Origin: Promethearchaeia archaeon
GTDB lineage: Archaea > Asgardarchaeota > Lokiarchaeia > Sigyniarchaeales > SOKP01
Assembly: GCA_046483985.1 (NCBI GenBank)
Contig: JAWOCD010000084.1
Location: 32,001-96,000 of the forward strand
DNA length: 64,000 nt
Reading direction: 5' to 3'
The position numbers were made by a program, and so were the translations under genes. The notes below the pieces were generated by a model that saw only the letters and a program-made list of their open reading frames with translations, did not search any database and was not told where the DNA came from. Below are positions 19,995 to 30,729 of this stretch, in pieces. How positions within the stretch are numbered: position 1 is the first letter of the stretch; the number at the start of each line of letters is the position of its first letter.

Positions 19995-21209
19995 ATGACT
20001 ACGATAAAAGATAAGAAAAAGAAAAAAGAAGAAGGAAAAGATGGCGAGTATTTAATCACCTATACCAGACATTTGGAAAAAAGATTAAGAAATTTAGAAA
20101 CCGAAAAACAACTTTTAGATGCTGAACGGTTACGACTGGAACAGGAACTTCATAGTTTAAGAAACGAAATTGATAGACTCCGAGAGCCCCCCTTAGTTTC
20201 TGCCACAGTCATTGATATTTTAGATGAAAAAAAAGGGAAAGCCATTGTTAAGAGTAGTACTGGTCCTAGTTTTGTGGTAAACGTATCCAGAAAGGTAAAA
20301 GATCAAAAGATTAAATCTGGAATGCGAGTAGCATTGAATCAGAGAACCTTCGCGATTATGGAAACTCTTCCAACAAAGCTTGACCCGTTTGTAAAAGGCA
20401 TGGAAGTAATTGATGAAATTCCCGAAACTTCCTATGAAGATGTAGGAGGATTAGAGGAGCAGATGTTAGAGACTAGAGAAACGGTAGAACTTCCTCTATT
20501 GAAACCAGAGCTATTTAAAAAAGTGGGAATTGAACCCCCCAAAGGAATTTTATTACACGGAGCTCCGGGAACGGGGAAGACACTGTTAGCAAAAGCTGTC
20601 GCTCATGAATCGAAAGCAACTTTTATCAGGATTATTGGTTCTGAGTTGGTCCAGAAATTTATTGGAGAAGGAGCCCGTTTAGTTCGAGAGATTTTTAGTT
20701 TAGCAAAAGATAAAGCGCCCTCTATCTTGTTTATTGACGAGTTAGATGCCATTGGATCGCAACGGTTAAAGATTGCCACATCTGGGGATAGAGAGGTTCA
20801 GAGGACGCTCATGCAATTGTTAAGTGAATTGGATGGTTTTGAAAATAGAGGAAATGTAAAAGTAATCGGCGCAACAAATAGAGTTGATATTTTAGATCCC
20901 GCCTTGTTAAGGCCTGGTCGATTTGACAGGTTAATTGAATTTCCAATTCCTAATGAAGATGCACGGAAGGAAATTTTCAAAATTCATACCCGTGATCTCA
21001 ACATTTCAGAGGAATTGAACCTCACTCATCTGACCAAAATTAGCGAGGGCGCGACAGGTGCAGATATTAAAGCCATATGTACCGAAGCAGGGATGTTCGC
21101 AATTCGAGAAGATTCGGAGAATGTAACTCAAAACCACCTAGAGCGAGCTATTGAGAAAATTATGAATAAAACAAAAAATCAAACACTGAATTCGGAGCTT
21201 TATACATAA
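19995..21209 (+). CDS. pan: Proteasome-activating nucleotidase
   Basis: Coiled coil, OB fold, [19 protein letters not shown], HbYX tail LYT. Confidence 0.97.
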   Translation: MTTIKDKKKKKEEGKDGEYLITYTRHLEKRLRNLETEKQLLDAERLRLEQELHSLRNEIDRLREPPLVSATVIDILDEKKGKAIVKSSTGPSFVVNVSRKVKDQKIKSGMRVALNQRTFAIMETLPTKLDPFVKGMEVIDEIPETSYEDVGGLEEQMLETRETVELPLLKPELFKKVGIEPPKGILLHGAPGTGKTLLAKAVAHESKATFIRIIGSELVQKFIGEGARLVREIFSLAKDKAPSILFIDELDAIGSQRLKIATSGDREVQRTLMQLLSELDGFENRGNVKVIGATNRVDILDPALLRPGRFDRLIEFPIPNEDARKEIFKIHTRDLNISEELNLTHLTKISEGATGADIKAICTEAGMFAIREDSENVTQNHLERAIEKIMNKTKNQTLNSELYT

Positions 21210-21272
21210 AATTTTTTTAAAAGATTTTATTCTTCCTTATTCTATATTATAAAGCCTTTTTATCTGATTTTA

Positions 21273-21752
21273 ATGTCTTTAAGAAAAAATCTTGATTTTA
21301 GAAAAGTTAAAGGAATTTCGGATTATCAATTTGGCGTAGATATAACAGATATTTTATTTGCGACCGAGGAGGATATTTCATTTAAGCATTCAAAAAACAC
21401 GGATAAACTTAAATATGTATACAAGCAAGATAAATTTTTCCTTTCTTTAAGACCCACAAATGGATACTTGACTCTGAGTTTTCCTGCAGCACAGAAAATA
21501 TTGGATAAGACATCTAAACCCAGAATGAGGGTTATTGTCCTAAATGAAATCTCTGAATATATTAGGGAAGGACGGAATGTTTTTTGCAAGCATGTAGTTG
21601 ATCTTGACGAACGGTTACGACCCATGGACGAAACAATCGTGGTAAACGAAGATGATGATTTACTCGCGATTGGTCGTCTTACTCAATCTACAGATTCGGT
21701 GAGGGCATTTACACGGGGGGTAGGGGTAAATGTCAGAAAAGGAAATCATTAG
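21273..21752 (+). CDS. PUA-domain protein (archaeosine TGT C-terminal-like)
   Basis: DYQFG, GRNVFCKHV, VVNEDDDLLAIG, VNVRKG. Confidence 0.85.
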   Translation: MSLRKNLDFRKVKGISDYQFGVDITDILFATEEDISFKHSKNTDKLKYVYKQDKFFLSLRPTNGYLTLSFPAAQKILDKTSKPRMRVIVLNEISEYIREGRNVFCKHVVDLDERLRPMDETIVVNEDDDLLAIGRLTQSTDSVRAFTRGVGVNVRKGNH

Positions 21753-21826
21753 TTAAAAAATTAAAAATTTCAATAAATTAAATTAAATATAATAGATTAG
21801 ATTAGGATAAGTGAAGTGATTATTAA

Positions 21827-22306
21827 ATGGTTAAGTTACCTAAAGAAATAAAGAAAAAACAGAAAAAGAAACCTCGCCGTAGAACCCCCGTAAAAAAAAG
21901 TAAAAGCGCCTCGAAATTTGGATCTCGGGAGATGAGACGAAAGATGCAAAAAAAAGGGATTGACATGGATCAAGTTGACGCAACAAGAGTACTTATCGAA
22001 GGAGATGAAAAAACTTTAGTAATAAACCAACCAGAAGTTGTATTAATGAAACAAGGAGGGCAAGAAATATATCAAGTGATCGGAGATGCAGAAGAATACA
22101 ATCCGGAAGAAATCAATGTAAAAGAAGGAGAAGGTATGAAGGAAGAAGAGATGATTGAAGAAGACGTGAAACCCGAGATCACGGAAAATGATATAATGTT
22201 AGTCGCATCTCAAACAAATGCAAGTAAAGAAGAAGCGGAGGCTGCATTAAAAGGGGCTGATGGGGATATTGCACAAGCAATTATCAATTTAAAAAACCGT
22301 CCCTAA
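21827..22306 (+). CDS. nac: Nascent polypeptide-associated complex protein
   Basis: NAC domain plus UBA (DIMLVASQT..EEAEAAL..GDIAQAI). Confidence 0.93.
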   Translation: MVKLPKEIKKKQKKKPRRRTPVKKSKSASKFGSREMRRKMQKKGIDMDQVDATRVLIEGDEKTLVINQPEVVLMKQGGQEIYQVIGDAEEYNPEEINVKEGEGMKEEEMIEEDVKPEITENDIMLVASQTNASKEEAEAALKGADGDIAQAIINLKNRP

Positions 22307-22400
22307 ACCCTTTAAATTTTTAAAAGAAAAATAAAAACAAAAAAATAAGAATAATCTCAAATTCAGAGTATTATATTTAAGAGAGATTAAGGTAAGAAAT

Positions 22401-22760
22401 ATGTCAAAGAAAAAGAAAAAACGAGCGGCAGGTACTGTATCTAAGGAAATTTCGGAAAAAGATATTGAATTTGAAATGATCTTGCAATTTGCTGGTTGGA
22501 TCTGTCTTATTGCTCTTGTTGGTTTTTTAGGTGTATGGGGGCTTTTTGATTATATTCTCGAGATAATCGAGATTGAACTCAATAATATAATATATGCGTA
22601 TCTTTTGTTTACTGGCACCTCGTGTGCATTTTGTTTCGCATTGGAAACTAAAGTTAAAAAGGAACGAGATAAAAAAAAGCAATTTTTTGTTGATTGGATG
22701 ATCACAGAATTTTTTCTATGCATGTTTGCGATATTTTCCGTAGCAGTCTATCAATGGTAA
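22401..22760 (+). CDS. Membrane protein (3 TM)
   Basis: Hydrophobic segments, basic N-terminus. Confidence 0.7.
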   Translation: MSKKKKKRAAGTVSKEISEKDIEFEMILQFAGWICLIALVGFLGVWGLFDYILEIIEIELNNIIYAYLLFTGTSCAFCFALETKVKKERDKKKQFFVDWMITEFFLCMFAIFSVAVYQW

Positions 22761-22792
22761 GAGAAAATGGGCATTTGGTCTTTCTTCTGATT

Positions 22793-23139
22793 TTATAATT
22801 TATAATCTTCCCTGGCAGGGAAAATACCTCGATCACTTCAGAATCTTCTAGAATATTAGCTGTGTGTTTCTTATAGGAGTCAAACACATAGATATCGCCT
22901 TCAGTAGCAATAAAATTATTCTCATCATTCTCAGTAATGAATTCAATGTTTCCCTTAATCGTATATCCAATTTGAAGGGATTCATGATCATGTAATGGAA
23001 TTTTTGCCCTCTTCTCAAGTTTAAAGAATCACATCATTAAATCATCATTATAGCTTAACGGTTTTCTATAGATACATGGTAAAGGATTAAGAAAATCCAT
23101 TGATTCTTAATTAGATGGATTTTTATTTTTATCAGACAT
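22793..23139 (-). pseudogene. Cupin-domain pseudogene
   Basis: Frame reads ..AKIPLHDHESLQIGYTIKG..EGDIYVFDSYKKHTA..EVIEVFS; internal TAA and TGA and a frameshift before the PAREDY tail. Confidence 0.8.
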
Positions 23140-23556
23140 CTTTTTCTTGTTTTTATTTTTATATCTTCAAATCATTTCTATTTTAATAATTTACCATAGT
23201 AGGTGATAGCAAAAATGCATTATGATGGGGCGACACAAAGATTTAAGCGGTTAAACGTTAAATCTACACAGTCTTATGACTATTATATTAGAAATGTATT
23301 AATCTTAAATAAAAGTAGTATCAACCAGAATTGGTGAGCATATCAATATATTAAGATTAAATTTTATTAACAACAATATCTTAATATCTAGTTAGAAAGT
23401 TTATTAAGAGTTAAACAATGTGGATAACTTGACCTCATAAATTACACCAAACTATATGAGCGTTAAGGATGCCGACAAAAATGAATTTGCTATTAACAGA
23501 ATAACAAATGATAATAAAAAATACCTTAAAATATAATTAGTTAAAGAGGAGATTTT

Positions 23557-25692
23557 ATGGTTTTAGAACCAAACTTAGAAATTAGTCAAGAAAAAAAAAA
23601 TGAAAAAATAAGAAGTAAATATCTTAAAAATTTACTTCCTCGAGTTTTTCGGACAGAAGGGGACGTAGTAAAATTTGATCCCCTTCAAATTGAACAAAGT
23701 ATCGTCGCAGAAACAGAATTAGGGAGAGAAACTGCCCAAGAAATTACCGAAATTGTTGTAAGACGGATAATTTCCTCCGGCATTAAATTTCTCTCGGGTC
23801 CGCATATAAGAGAAATTGTATGTTCTGTCTTATCCGAGCAGCACTATGAAGATCAGAGAAAGTTATATACAAGAATAGGAATGCCTTTAATGGATTATGA
23901 AGCAATTTTAGAAAATGGGGTAAATGAGAATGCAAATCAAGATATGAACCCCGAGAGTATCCATCATTGGGCTGCAAATCGAATCTCTGAGGAATATGCA
24001 CTATTACGTATTTTAGATGCGGAAGAGGCACAAGCCCATTTATATGGGGATATACACGTACATATGCTTCGTTATTTTGATTTAAGACCATTCTGCCAAG
24101 AGTGGGATCCTCGAATGATTTTAGAGAACGGATTACCGCCCGTTGACAGTTGGGCACATTGTAATAAATCCGGTCCAGCTGGCAGTTTACGGGTTGCTGT
24201 AACACACCTTGCCAAATGGCTCGGAATTATACAAGGAGAATTTAGTGGAGGACAAGGATATGATTACATTACTACATTTCTGGCTCCATACGCCCGTGGT
24301 TTATCTCAAAAAGAAATAGAACAATCAATGCAATGCTTTATTTTTGAGACTAATCAAATTTTTGCAGCACGAGGGGGACAAGTCCCTTTCACCTCCATCT
24401 CGTGTACTCCTACAATTCCTAAAGGGTTAAAGGATGTTCCGGCAGTAGGCCCTTATGGAAAGATCAAGGGGACCTATGGAGATTATAAGGAGGAATGTCT
24501 CAAGTTATTTAATGCTCTAACTGATGTTTATATAGAAGGAGATCATAATGGAAAATTATTTGCCTTTCCAAAACATGAAGTTAAGATTAAAAAAGCATGG
24601 CTTCGAGAATTTGAACCCGCTTATTTGAAAGTGATGGAAGAGGCGGTAAAGATGGGCACCCCTTACTTTCTTAACATGTGTCCCGAATGGATGCCCGACG
24701 AAATTCATAGTCAGTGCTGTCGGAAATTTTTAAAAGGAAATCAAATTGTAAGTAAATGTACTTTAGATCCAGAAAAACGAAAGAAAGAGAATGTATGGGA
24801 TGATTATGTAACAATAGGGTCTCTTCAGAGCGTAAGTCTCAATTTGCCCAGGTATGCCTATATGGCAAAAAATGAAGATAAATATTTTGAAATTTTAGAT
24901 GAGATGATGGAGTTAAGTTCTGGCATTTTATTGAAAAAACGGGAACTTATGGAAAAAAGACTGGAGAGCGGGCACTTACCTTTATGTAGTGGAACTATTG
25001 ATGGAGAACCACTATTCAAATTAGAAGATCAAAACCTCTCAATAGGGTTCACAGGATTAAACGAAGCGGTTAAATATCTAACAGGAGATGAATTACATGA
25101 ATCTGATACTGCATATGGATTAGGGAAAAAAATATTAAATTATATGGTTGGGAAATGTAACAGTATGACGGAGAGAGATGAGATTTCCTACTCTTTATGG
25201 GAACAACCGGCTGAATCGACCGCTAATAGACTTGCTCAATTAGATTTAAAGCATTTTCCAGAACAAGCAATTCCTCAATCCAAGGGAGACTCCGCATATT
25301 ATACTAATTCTGATCATTTCCGTTATGGGGCAGATATTCCGTTATACGATCGGATTAAAAAGCAAGGCGACTTCCATCCAATTGTTAGCGGAGGGGTGAT
25401 CACTCATATCTGGTTAGGAGAACAGAAACCCGATGTTCAAGGTTTATGGGAATTAACGAAAAATGTTTGTCTTAATACCAATACAGCATATTTTGCATAT
25501 ACAACGGACTTTATCTTTTGTCCTTCCTGCAAAAAAATGTTTCGAGGTTCTCAATTTCACTGTCCCCAATGTAATTCTGAAGATGTTAAAGTATATTCCC
25601 GAATTACAGGATACTACAGTGAAGTTAATCGGTATAATGATGGAAAACGAGCAGAATGGGAGGCAAGAAAAAGGGACTCGTTACAACCTTGA
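23557..25692 (+). CDS. nrdD: Anaerobic (class III) ribonucleoside-triphosphate reductase
   Basis: N-terminal ATP cone, SGGQG, QCCR finger loop, PAES, YYTNS, CxxC-CxxC, RITGY glycyl radical motif. Confidence 0.96.
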   Translation: MVLEPNLEISQEKKNEKIRSKYLKNLLPRVFRTEGDVVKFDPLQIEQSIVAETELGRETAQEITEIVVRRIISSGIKFLSGPHIREIVCSVLSEQHYEDQRKLYTRIGMPLMDYEAILENGVNENANQDMNPESIHHWAANRISEEYALLRILDAEEAQAHLYGDIHVHMLRYFDLRPFCQEWDPRMILENGLPPVDSWAHCNKSGPAGSLRVAVTHLAKWLGIIQGEFSGGQGYDYITTFLAPYARGLSQKEIEQSMQCFIFETNQIFAARGGQVPFTSISCTPTIPKGLKDVPAVGPYGKIKGTYGDYKEECLKLFNALTDVYIEGDHNGKLFAFPKHEVKIKKAWLREFEPAYLKVMEEAVKMGTPYFLNMCPEWMPDEIHSQCCRKFLKGNQIVSKCTLDPEKRKKENVWDDYVTIGSLQSVSLNLPRYAYMAKNEDKYFEILDEMMELSSGILLKKRELMEKRLESGHLPLCSGTIDGEPLFKLEDQNLSIGFTGLNEAVKYLTGDELHESDTAYGLGKKILNYMVGKCNSMTERDEISYSLWEQPAESTANRLAQLDLKHFPEQAIPQSKGDSAYYTNSDHFRYGADIPLYDRIKKQGDFHPIVSGGVITHIWLGEQKPDVQGLWELTKNVCLNTNTAYFAYTTDFIFCPSCKKMFRGSQFHCPQCNSEDVKVYSRITGYYSEVNRYNDGKRAEWEARKRDSLQP

Positions 25693-25776
25693 AATCAAAT
25701 TAGTTTCAAGCTTTTTTATTTTTATTTCTTAGTTTAAAGGGAAAAATTCTTATATTTCTGAGACCATCTTTATTAT

Positions 25777-26094
25777 ATGAAGAAGAATTTTAATCCTTTA
25801 CATAAAATTCAAAAGGAAGTGGACGATTGGATTTCCCAGCATGGAGGATATTGGCCTCCGCTTTCCATGTTAGGATCAATAATGGAAGAAGTGGGAGAAC
25901 TTTCAAGAGAAATTAATCATGCAGAAGGTCATAAACCAAAAAAGTCAAATGAACCTCCCAAAATCGGAGAGGAATTGGCTGATCTATTCTTTTCTCTGAT
26001 TTGTATCGCCAATTACTATGATATTAAGCTGGAGAAAAAGATTAAGGAGGTTATCGGTAAATATACTAGTCGTGATTCAGATAGGTTTAGATAA
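25777..26094 (+). CDS. MazG-like nucleotide pyrophosphohydrolase
   Basis: EEVGELSREIN, GEELAD, RD..RF. Confidence 0.9.
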   Translation: MKKNFNPLHKIQKEVDDWISQHGGYWPPLSMLGSIMEEVGELSREINHAEGHKPKKSNEPPKIGEELADLFFSLICIANYYDIKLEKKIKEVIGKYTSRDSDRFR

Positions 26095-26113
26095 AAACAT
26101 CAATGGAATAATC

Positions 26114-26611
26114 TTAAGATCCTTGTCGTTTTTTTCGCTTTTCTAATTTTCTTTTAGATCTTTGAACCATTTTAGTGGAACGTAATAAATACCATGCTCC
26201 CTTCTCATAAGTAAGACGCCCGTATATAAACCTACCCAGATTTTGTCCGATAATAAACCAGAAGATGTAGGAAAGATAAATAAATAACGCGAAAACATCC
26301 CAAACAAGCCCACAATAATTCTTTACTGGTAATTCCAGAGGTATTCCTAAGAGCACTCCTGGGGTAAACATCCAATATCTTCCCTCATTAACTCCAGAGG
26401 GCAGATTTATCCAAGGAAAGGGTTTTGAAAAGATTTGAACATTAAAGATGTTATAGAAAATTAAGATATTGAACAAAATAAGGATTGATAAGAAAAAAAC
26501 AGCAAACCAAAATAAAGCCCCCTTATGATTCTTCCTTAGATGATAACTATAGAGGTAAGAATTAAACCAGCCCCCCCAAAAACAAAAGATAAGTCCACCA
26601 ATAAAACTCAT
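26114..26611 (-). CDS. Membrane protein
   Basis: Several Trp/Phe-rich TM segments; abuts the upstream SDR gene. Confidence 0.75.
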   Translation of the reverse strand: MSFIGGLIFCFWGGWFNSYLYSYHLRKNHKGALFWFAVFFLSILILFNILIFYNIFNVQIFSKPFPWINLPSGVNEGRYWMFTPGVLLGIPLELPVKNYCGLVWDVFALFIYLSYIFWFIIGQNLGRFIYGRLTYEKGAWYLLRSTKMVQRSKRKLEKRKKRQGS

Positions 26612-27769
26612 TTAATACACCTCCATCTGATTCTTTTCTGTAGGAAGCCAGTTATGGGCACAATACCAATCAATTGTTTGTGCAAATCCACTCCATGTAT
26701 CGTATTTAAAGTCATATCCCAAATTTTTTAATTTTTTATTTGAAAATGCATATTGATGCGTAACATATTTTACCATGGGAGAATCAAGAAGCGGGCGGAC
26801 ATCTAACTTCTGTGATTTTTTTGCTCGTAAATCTGCCAGCCAACCGGCCATTTTGGCAAAAATCTTAAAAAGGGGAAACCATAATGGAATAACGGTGGTA
26901 CGAATACTTAATTTCTGATAGATCCATTCAAGCCATTCATCTGTCCAAACCATATCATGAATAATATTATAGGCTTCTCCTATTGCCTCATCCTTATTGG
27001 CAATAAATACGGCGGCTTCTACCAAATCTTCTACATGAATAGATGGAAGCATTAATTTTCTTTTTTTGGGAAAAATTAGAGGCACTATCCCGGTTCCTAT
27101 TACTTTTAACATTAAGAGAATATGATACGTACCATAGGTCTGATAAGGACCGTAAATAGGTGCGGGTCGAATTATGGTTGCTTTGAGGTTATAATCATCC
27201 ATATATCCTTTTAAGAGAATCTCTTGTTCCTTTTTTGAGATGCTATAATTATTTGGGGGGTTGTATGGGGTAGTTTCGTCAGCAGGGATAACATATCCTT
27301 CTGCATCGTAATTATATTCGGGTTCTCCATAAACTCCACAAGTCGACCAATGGATAAAACGTAAACGTTCTAAATCTTGAGTATTGCATACTATTTTAAG
27401 TAAATTTTCTGTGCCATCCACATTTATCTCTCGTAAAATATCCAATTCTGCAAAATAGTCATACAGAGACGCAGGATGAAAAATCGTATCATAACTCCGA
27501 TTTTCAAATAATGGGTTGAGGGTTTCTGGATCCGTTAAATCTGCGGGAATAAAGGTAACCCGAGGATCTTTCAAAATTTCTAACATATAACCGAATTTTT
27601 CGTTAAAAACTTTTTCTTTTGTCATTAGTTTATTTCTACTTTCCAATGGAAGATCGGTCGCAATAATTTCACAGTTTTGATAACGGCTTAGTAGGGCTTT
27701 TATTAAAAACGTGCCAGTATGACCTTTTGCTCCATCTACTAAAAATAGTCTTGAATTTTCATTAGACAT
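26612..27769 (-). CDS. NAD-dependent epimerase/dehydratase (extended SDR, 3-beta-HSD-like)
   Basis: GAKGHTG, NVDGT, YSISK, RPAPIYGP. Confidence 0.88.
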   Translation of the reverse strand: MSNENSRLFLVDGAKGHTGTFLIKALLSRYQNCEIIATDLPLESRNKLMTKEKVFNEKFGYMLEILKDPRVTFIPADLTDPETLNPLFENRSYDTIFHPASLYDYFAELDILREINVDGTENLLKIVCNTQDLERLRFIHWSTCGVYGEPEYNYDAEGYVIPADETTPYNPPNNYSISKKEQEILLKGYMDDYNLKATIIRPAPIYGPYQTYGTYHILLMLKVIGTGIVPLIFPKKRKLMLPSIHVEDLVEAAVFIANKDEAIGEAYNIIHDMVWTDEWLEWIYQKLSIRTTVIPLWFPLFKIFAKMAGWLADLRAKKSQKLDVRPLLDSPMVKYVTHQYAFSNKKLKNLGYDFKYDTWSGFAQTIDWYCAHNWLPTEKNQMEVY

Positions 27770-27905
27770 TTTAGAATTTAAGATTTATATTCAAAATTAA
27801 TAAATTTTTATTCAAATTCGTTTATAAAATTTTAAAATTATAAAATACTTACAAATTGGAATAGAATTTTTTTAATTGTTTTAATAATATCGGAAACTGA
27901 AATTT

Positions 27906-29084
27906 ATGGAAAAAGAAGGTTTAGCCAAGAAGAGGATCATGGAAATCTTAGAGGAAAAATTAGCGAAAGATTATTCCTACGGTGAGGGGGCTATTTTAGG
28001 GTCAATGTGTACGAAGCCTAATAAATTTGGAAAAAAAATATATTGTAAATATATCGAGAAGAATTTAGGGGACCCCGGCTTATTTAAAGGAACATATGAG
28101 TTGGAAAATCAATTAGTGGAAGAGATTGGGAGATTATTTAACGGAGAAGACATAATTGGAAGTTTTACTACGGGAGGATCTGAGGCAAATATCATTGCAA
28201 TGCGAATTGCAAAAGAACTAAGAAAAGATATACAGAATCCAGAGTTTATTATCCCAGAATCTGCTCATGCCTCGTTTGATAAGGGGGGGGAACTTTTAGG
28301 AATAAAACTACGAAAAGCAAGGTTGAATGAGAATTATCAAGTGGATTTAGAACATTTTAAATCCTTGATTAATGAAAATACTTGCGGGGTCTTAGGAATT
28401 GCAGGAACTACCTCATTAGGAGTAGTAGATCCCATAGAAAAGATAGGACAGATGATAAAAGATAGGAACATTTTTTTTCATGTTGATGCGGCTTTTGGGG
28501 GATTTGTTCTTCCTTTTTTAGATGAAAAGAAAAATAAAATACCAGCGTGGGATTTTCGTGTAAAAAATGTAGATTCCATAACCGCAGACCCTCATAAAAT
28601 GGGGATGGGGATAATTCCGAGCGGAGGTTATTTTCTTCGAAATGAATCAATTTTGGATAGTACCGGATTCGAAATACCCTATTTGGCGGGAGGGAACATA
28701 AAACATCTTCATATTGTAGGGACAAGAGCTGGCGGTCCCGTTATCGCATTTTGGTCAATAATGAAATATCTTGGACAAAAAGGCTTTAGAGAAATTATAG
28801 AAAAATGTATGAACAAAACATATTATTTAGTTAAACGAATATCGGAGGTGGACGGGATAAAGATTAAGAGAAAACCTGTAATGAATGTTTTGGGATTAAC
28901 GACAGAAGGGGGAGAAGACATTTGTCAAGTTGACAAGGAATTACGTAAAAGAGATTGGATGCTTGGTAAATTTACAACCTTAAATCTTATAAGAATTGTT
29001 GTAATGCCACATGTAAAAAAAGAGCATCTCGATAATTTTATCAAGGAATTAAAGGATATTATGCACAAACTTGATTTTGGTTAA
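27906..29084 (+). CDS. mfnA: PLP-dependent tyrosine/aspartate decarboxylase MfnA
   Basis: LGSMCT, NLGDPGLF, GGSEAN, HVDAAFGG, DPHKMG. Confidence 0.93.
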   Translation: MEKEGLAKKRIMEILEEKLAKDYSYGEGAILGSMCTKPNKFGKKIYCKYIEKNLGDPGLFKGTYELENQLVEEIGRLFNGEDIIGSFTTGGSEANIIAMRIAKELRKDIQNPEFIIPESAHASFDKGGELLGIKLRKARLNENYQVDLEHFKSLINENTCGVLGIAGTTSLGVVDPIEKIGQMIKDRNIFFHVDAAFGGFVLPFLDEKKNKIPAWDFRVKNVDSITADPHKMGMGIIPSGGYFLRNESILDSTGFEIPYLAGGNIKHLHIVGTRAGGPVIAFWSIMKYLGQKGFREIIEKCMNKTYYLVKRISEVDGIKIKRKPVMNVLGLTTEGGEDICQVDKELRKRDWMLGKFTTLNLIRIVVMPHVKKEHLDNFIKELKDIMHKLDFG

Positions 29085-29100
29085 CGTGTACACGTGTATT

Positions 29101-29730
29101 TTATTCCTTTAAATCTTCCCAATTCGAGATTTCGAACAATTTTACATCCGATTGAATGATCTTTTTTAATTTATCCAGTTTATCGATGATTAGCCTATCC
29201 GATTTATTATCGCTTTCATATACGAAAAGTAAATCGTTGTTTTCCCAATCTTTATTATTAAGTTCATTGAGGATTCTATCACACTTCTTTTGAATGCCTT
29301 TCAGGGCTTTATTGGGAATGTTTGGATTAATGGTCTTATAATCTTCAAAAAATAGTGGTCCTCCTGTGACTATAATCTGTCGGGGGTCTATACCAATTTT
29401 TTTCAAAATCTTTTTTGAAGAATTTGCCGAAACCATAATTACCGTATCTTTATCATATCTTTCCAATAAATCTGCTTTAAAGTCCTTTTCTCCTTGAAGG
29501 GTGCTTGACATATTTAAATATTCTGCAAATATGGGGGCCAACTTCTCGTAAAGTTGGTTTAGATATTCTTTAAATTCCTCCTCTTGGGAGGGGGTTAATT
29601 GATACGTTGGAACAATTTTTCTTATCATTGTTTTAATTTGAATTAAATCATCTAATGCATCTAATAAACTAGCGACTGAGTTATCAGATAAAGATTTAAC
29701 ATGCTTTGAATTCATCCTTATTCTCTCCAT
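29101..29730 (-). CDS. DUF2100-like protein
   Basis: IIVTGGPL..ED.K.INP.IP..AL.GI.KK pattern. Confidence 0.7.
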   Translation of the reverse strand: MERIRMNSKHVKSLSDNSVASLLDALDDLIQIKTMIRKIVPTYQLTPSQEEEFKEYLNQLYEKLAPIFAEYLNMSSTLQGEKDFKADLLERYDKDTVIMVSANSSKKILKKIGIDPRQIIVTGGPLFFEDYKTINPNIPNKALKGIQKKCDRILNELNNKDWENNDLLFVYESDNKSDRLIIDKLDKLKKIIQSDVKLFEISNWEDLKE

Positions 29731-29896
29731 TATACAGTTATTATCTTATATAATGCACTATTTAAAAAAAACATATTATCATATAAGAAGCTTTAAAAGA
29801 ATGTTTTTAATTAGAAAAATATATTTAATGCATTTGATAATATAATAATATTAGATTGAGTTGAATCCGAATAAATCTTGGGATTTTTGAATTAAC

Positions 29897-30649
29897 ATGG
29901 GAAAAGAAAAACCTAAATTAAAAGTCAAAACAAGCCGTTATTTTACGAAAGCATGTAATAAGTGTAAAAAAGAGTATCCTAATTGGTTTACTAATTGCCC
30001 ATATTGCGGAACTCCGTGGCACGCAGAATCTACTCAAGAAAATAGGGTTTTACAACAAAAAGAAAAAAAGAAAAAGAAAACCATAAAGATTGTCGTTAAA
30101 ATAGCGGAAGATGATTTTGACGAGGGAATAGTAAAAGTACAGCTCATTTTTAGCGCAGATAAAGGACAATCTTGGTATAAATTGGATATGGATTCAAAAC
30201 GGGATTATTATATTGCAGAAATAGCAGAAGTGCCCATCCATTCGGTAATCATTTATTATATGGAAGTATTTCTGGAAAACGGAGAAAAAATCATCGAAAA
30301 TAATGAAGGACAATATTATTTCTACGAAGTGGGCGGACCGATTAAGAAAGAACCAGAACGGAAACCCTCCCTTGAATCAAAACCAGTTCAAAGATCTCAT
30401 GAGAATTTACAAACTCAAAAATCAGAATACCAAGAAGAGCCCGGAAGAGAATCCACTCAATCCAATGAGCAATCCACAACACAAGAGATGAAAACGGTAT
30501 CAAACCCGCAAACCCAAAAGCAAACTAAAACAATTTTTGGAACCCCTCAAGTTAAAAAAGAAACAAATCTCAAAGTGTGCCCTTATTGTGACTCGAAAAT
30601 TAAAAAAATGTGGCAAACATGCCCAATTTGTGGCAACAAAATTGAATAA
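29897..30649 (+). CDS. Protein with N- and C-terminal zinc ribbons, central beta domain and low-complexity linker
   Basis: CNKC..CPYCG and CPYC..CPICG; Q/T/E/S-rich linker. Confidence 0.8.
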   Translation: MGKEKPKLKVKTSRYFTKACNKCKKEYPNWFTNCPYCGTPWHAESTQENRVLQQKEKKKKKTIKIVVKIAEDDFDEGIVKVQLIFSADKGQSWYKLDMDSKRDYYIAEIAEVPIHSVIIYYMEVFLENGEKIIENNEGQYYFYEVGGPIKKEPERKPSLESKPVQRSHENLQTQKSEYQEEPGRESTQSNEQSTTQEMKTVSNPQTQKQTKTIFGTPQVKKETNLKVCPYCDSKIKKMWQTCPICGNKIE

Positions 30650-30729
30650 GCTTGTTTTAAGAATAGAAAATAAAAAGAGATAAAAGAGTTTAAAGAAAGC
30701 CCTATTTTTTGGACTTTAATAGTATAGTA

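Noticed and set aside
23200-23550. Riboswitch or NrdR box upstream of nrdD
   Set aside because: Only AT-rich imperfect inverted repeats, with no recognisable consensus
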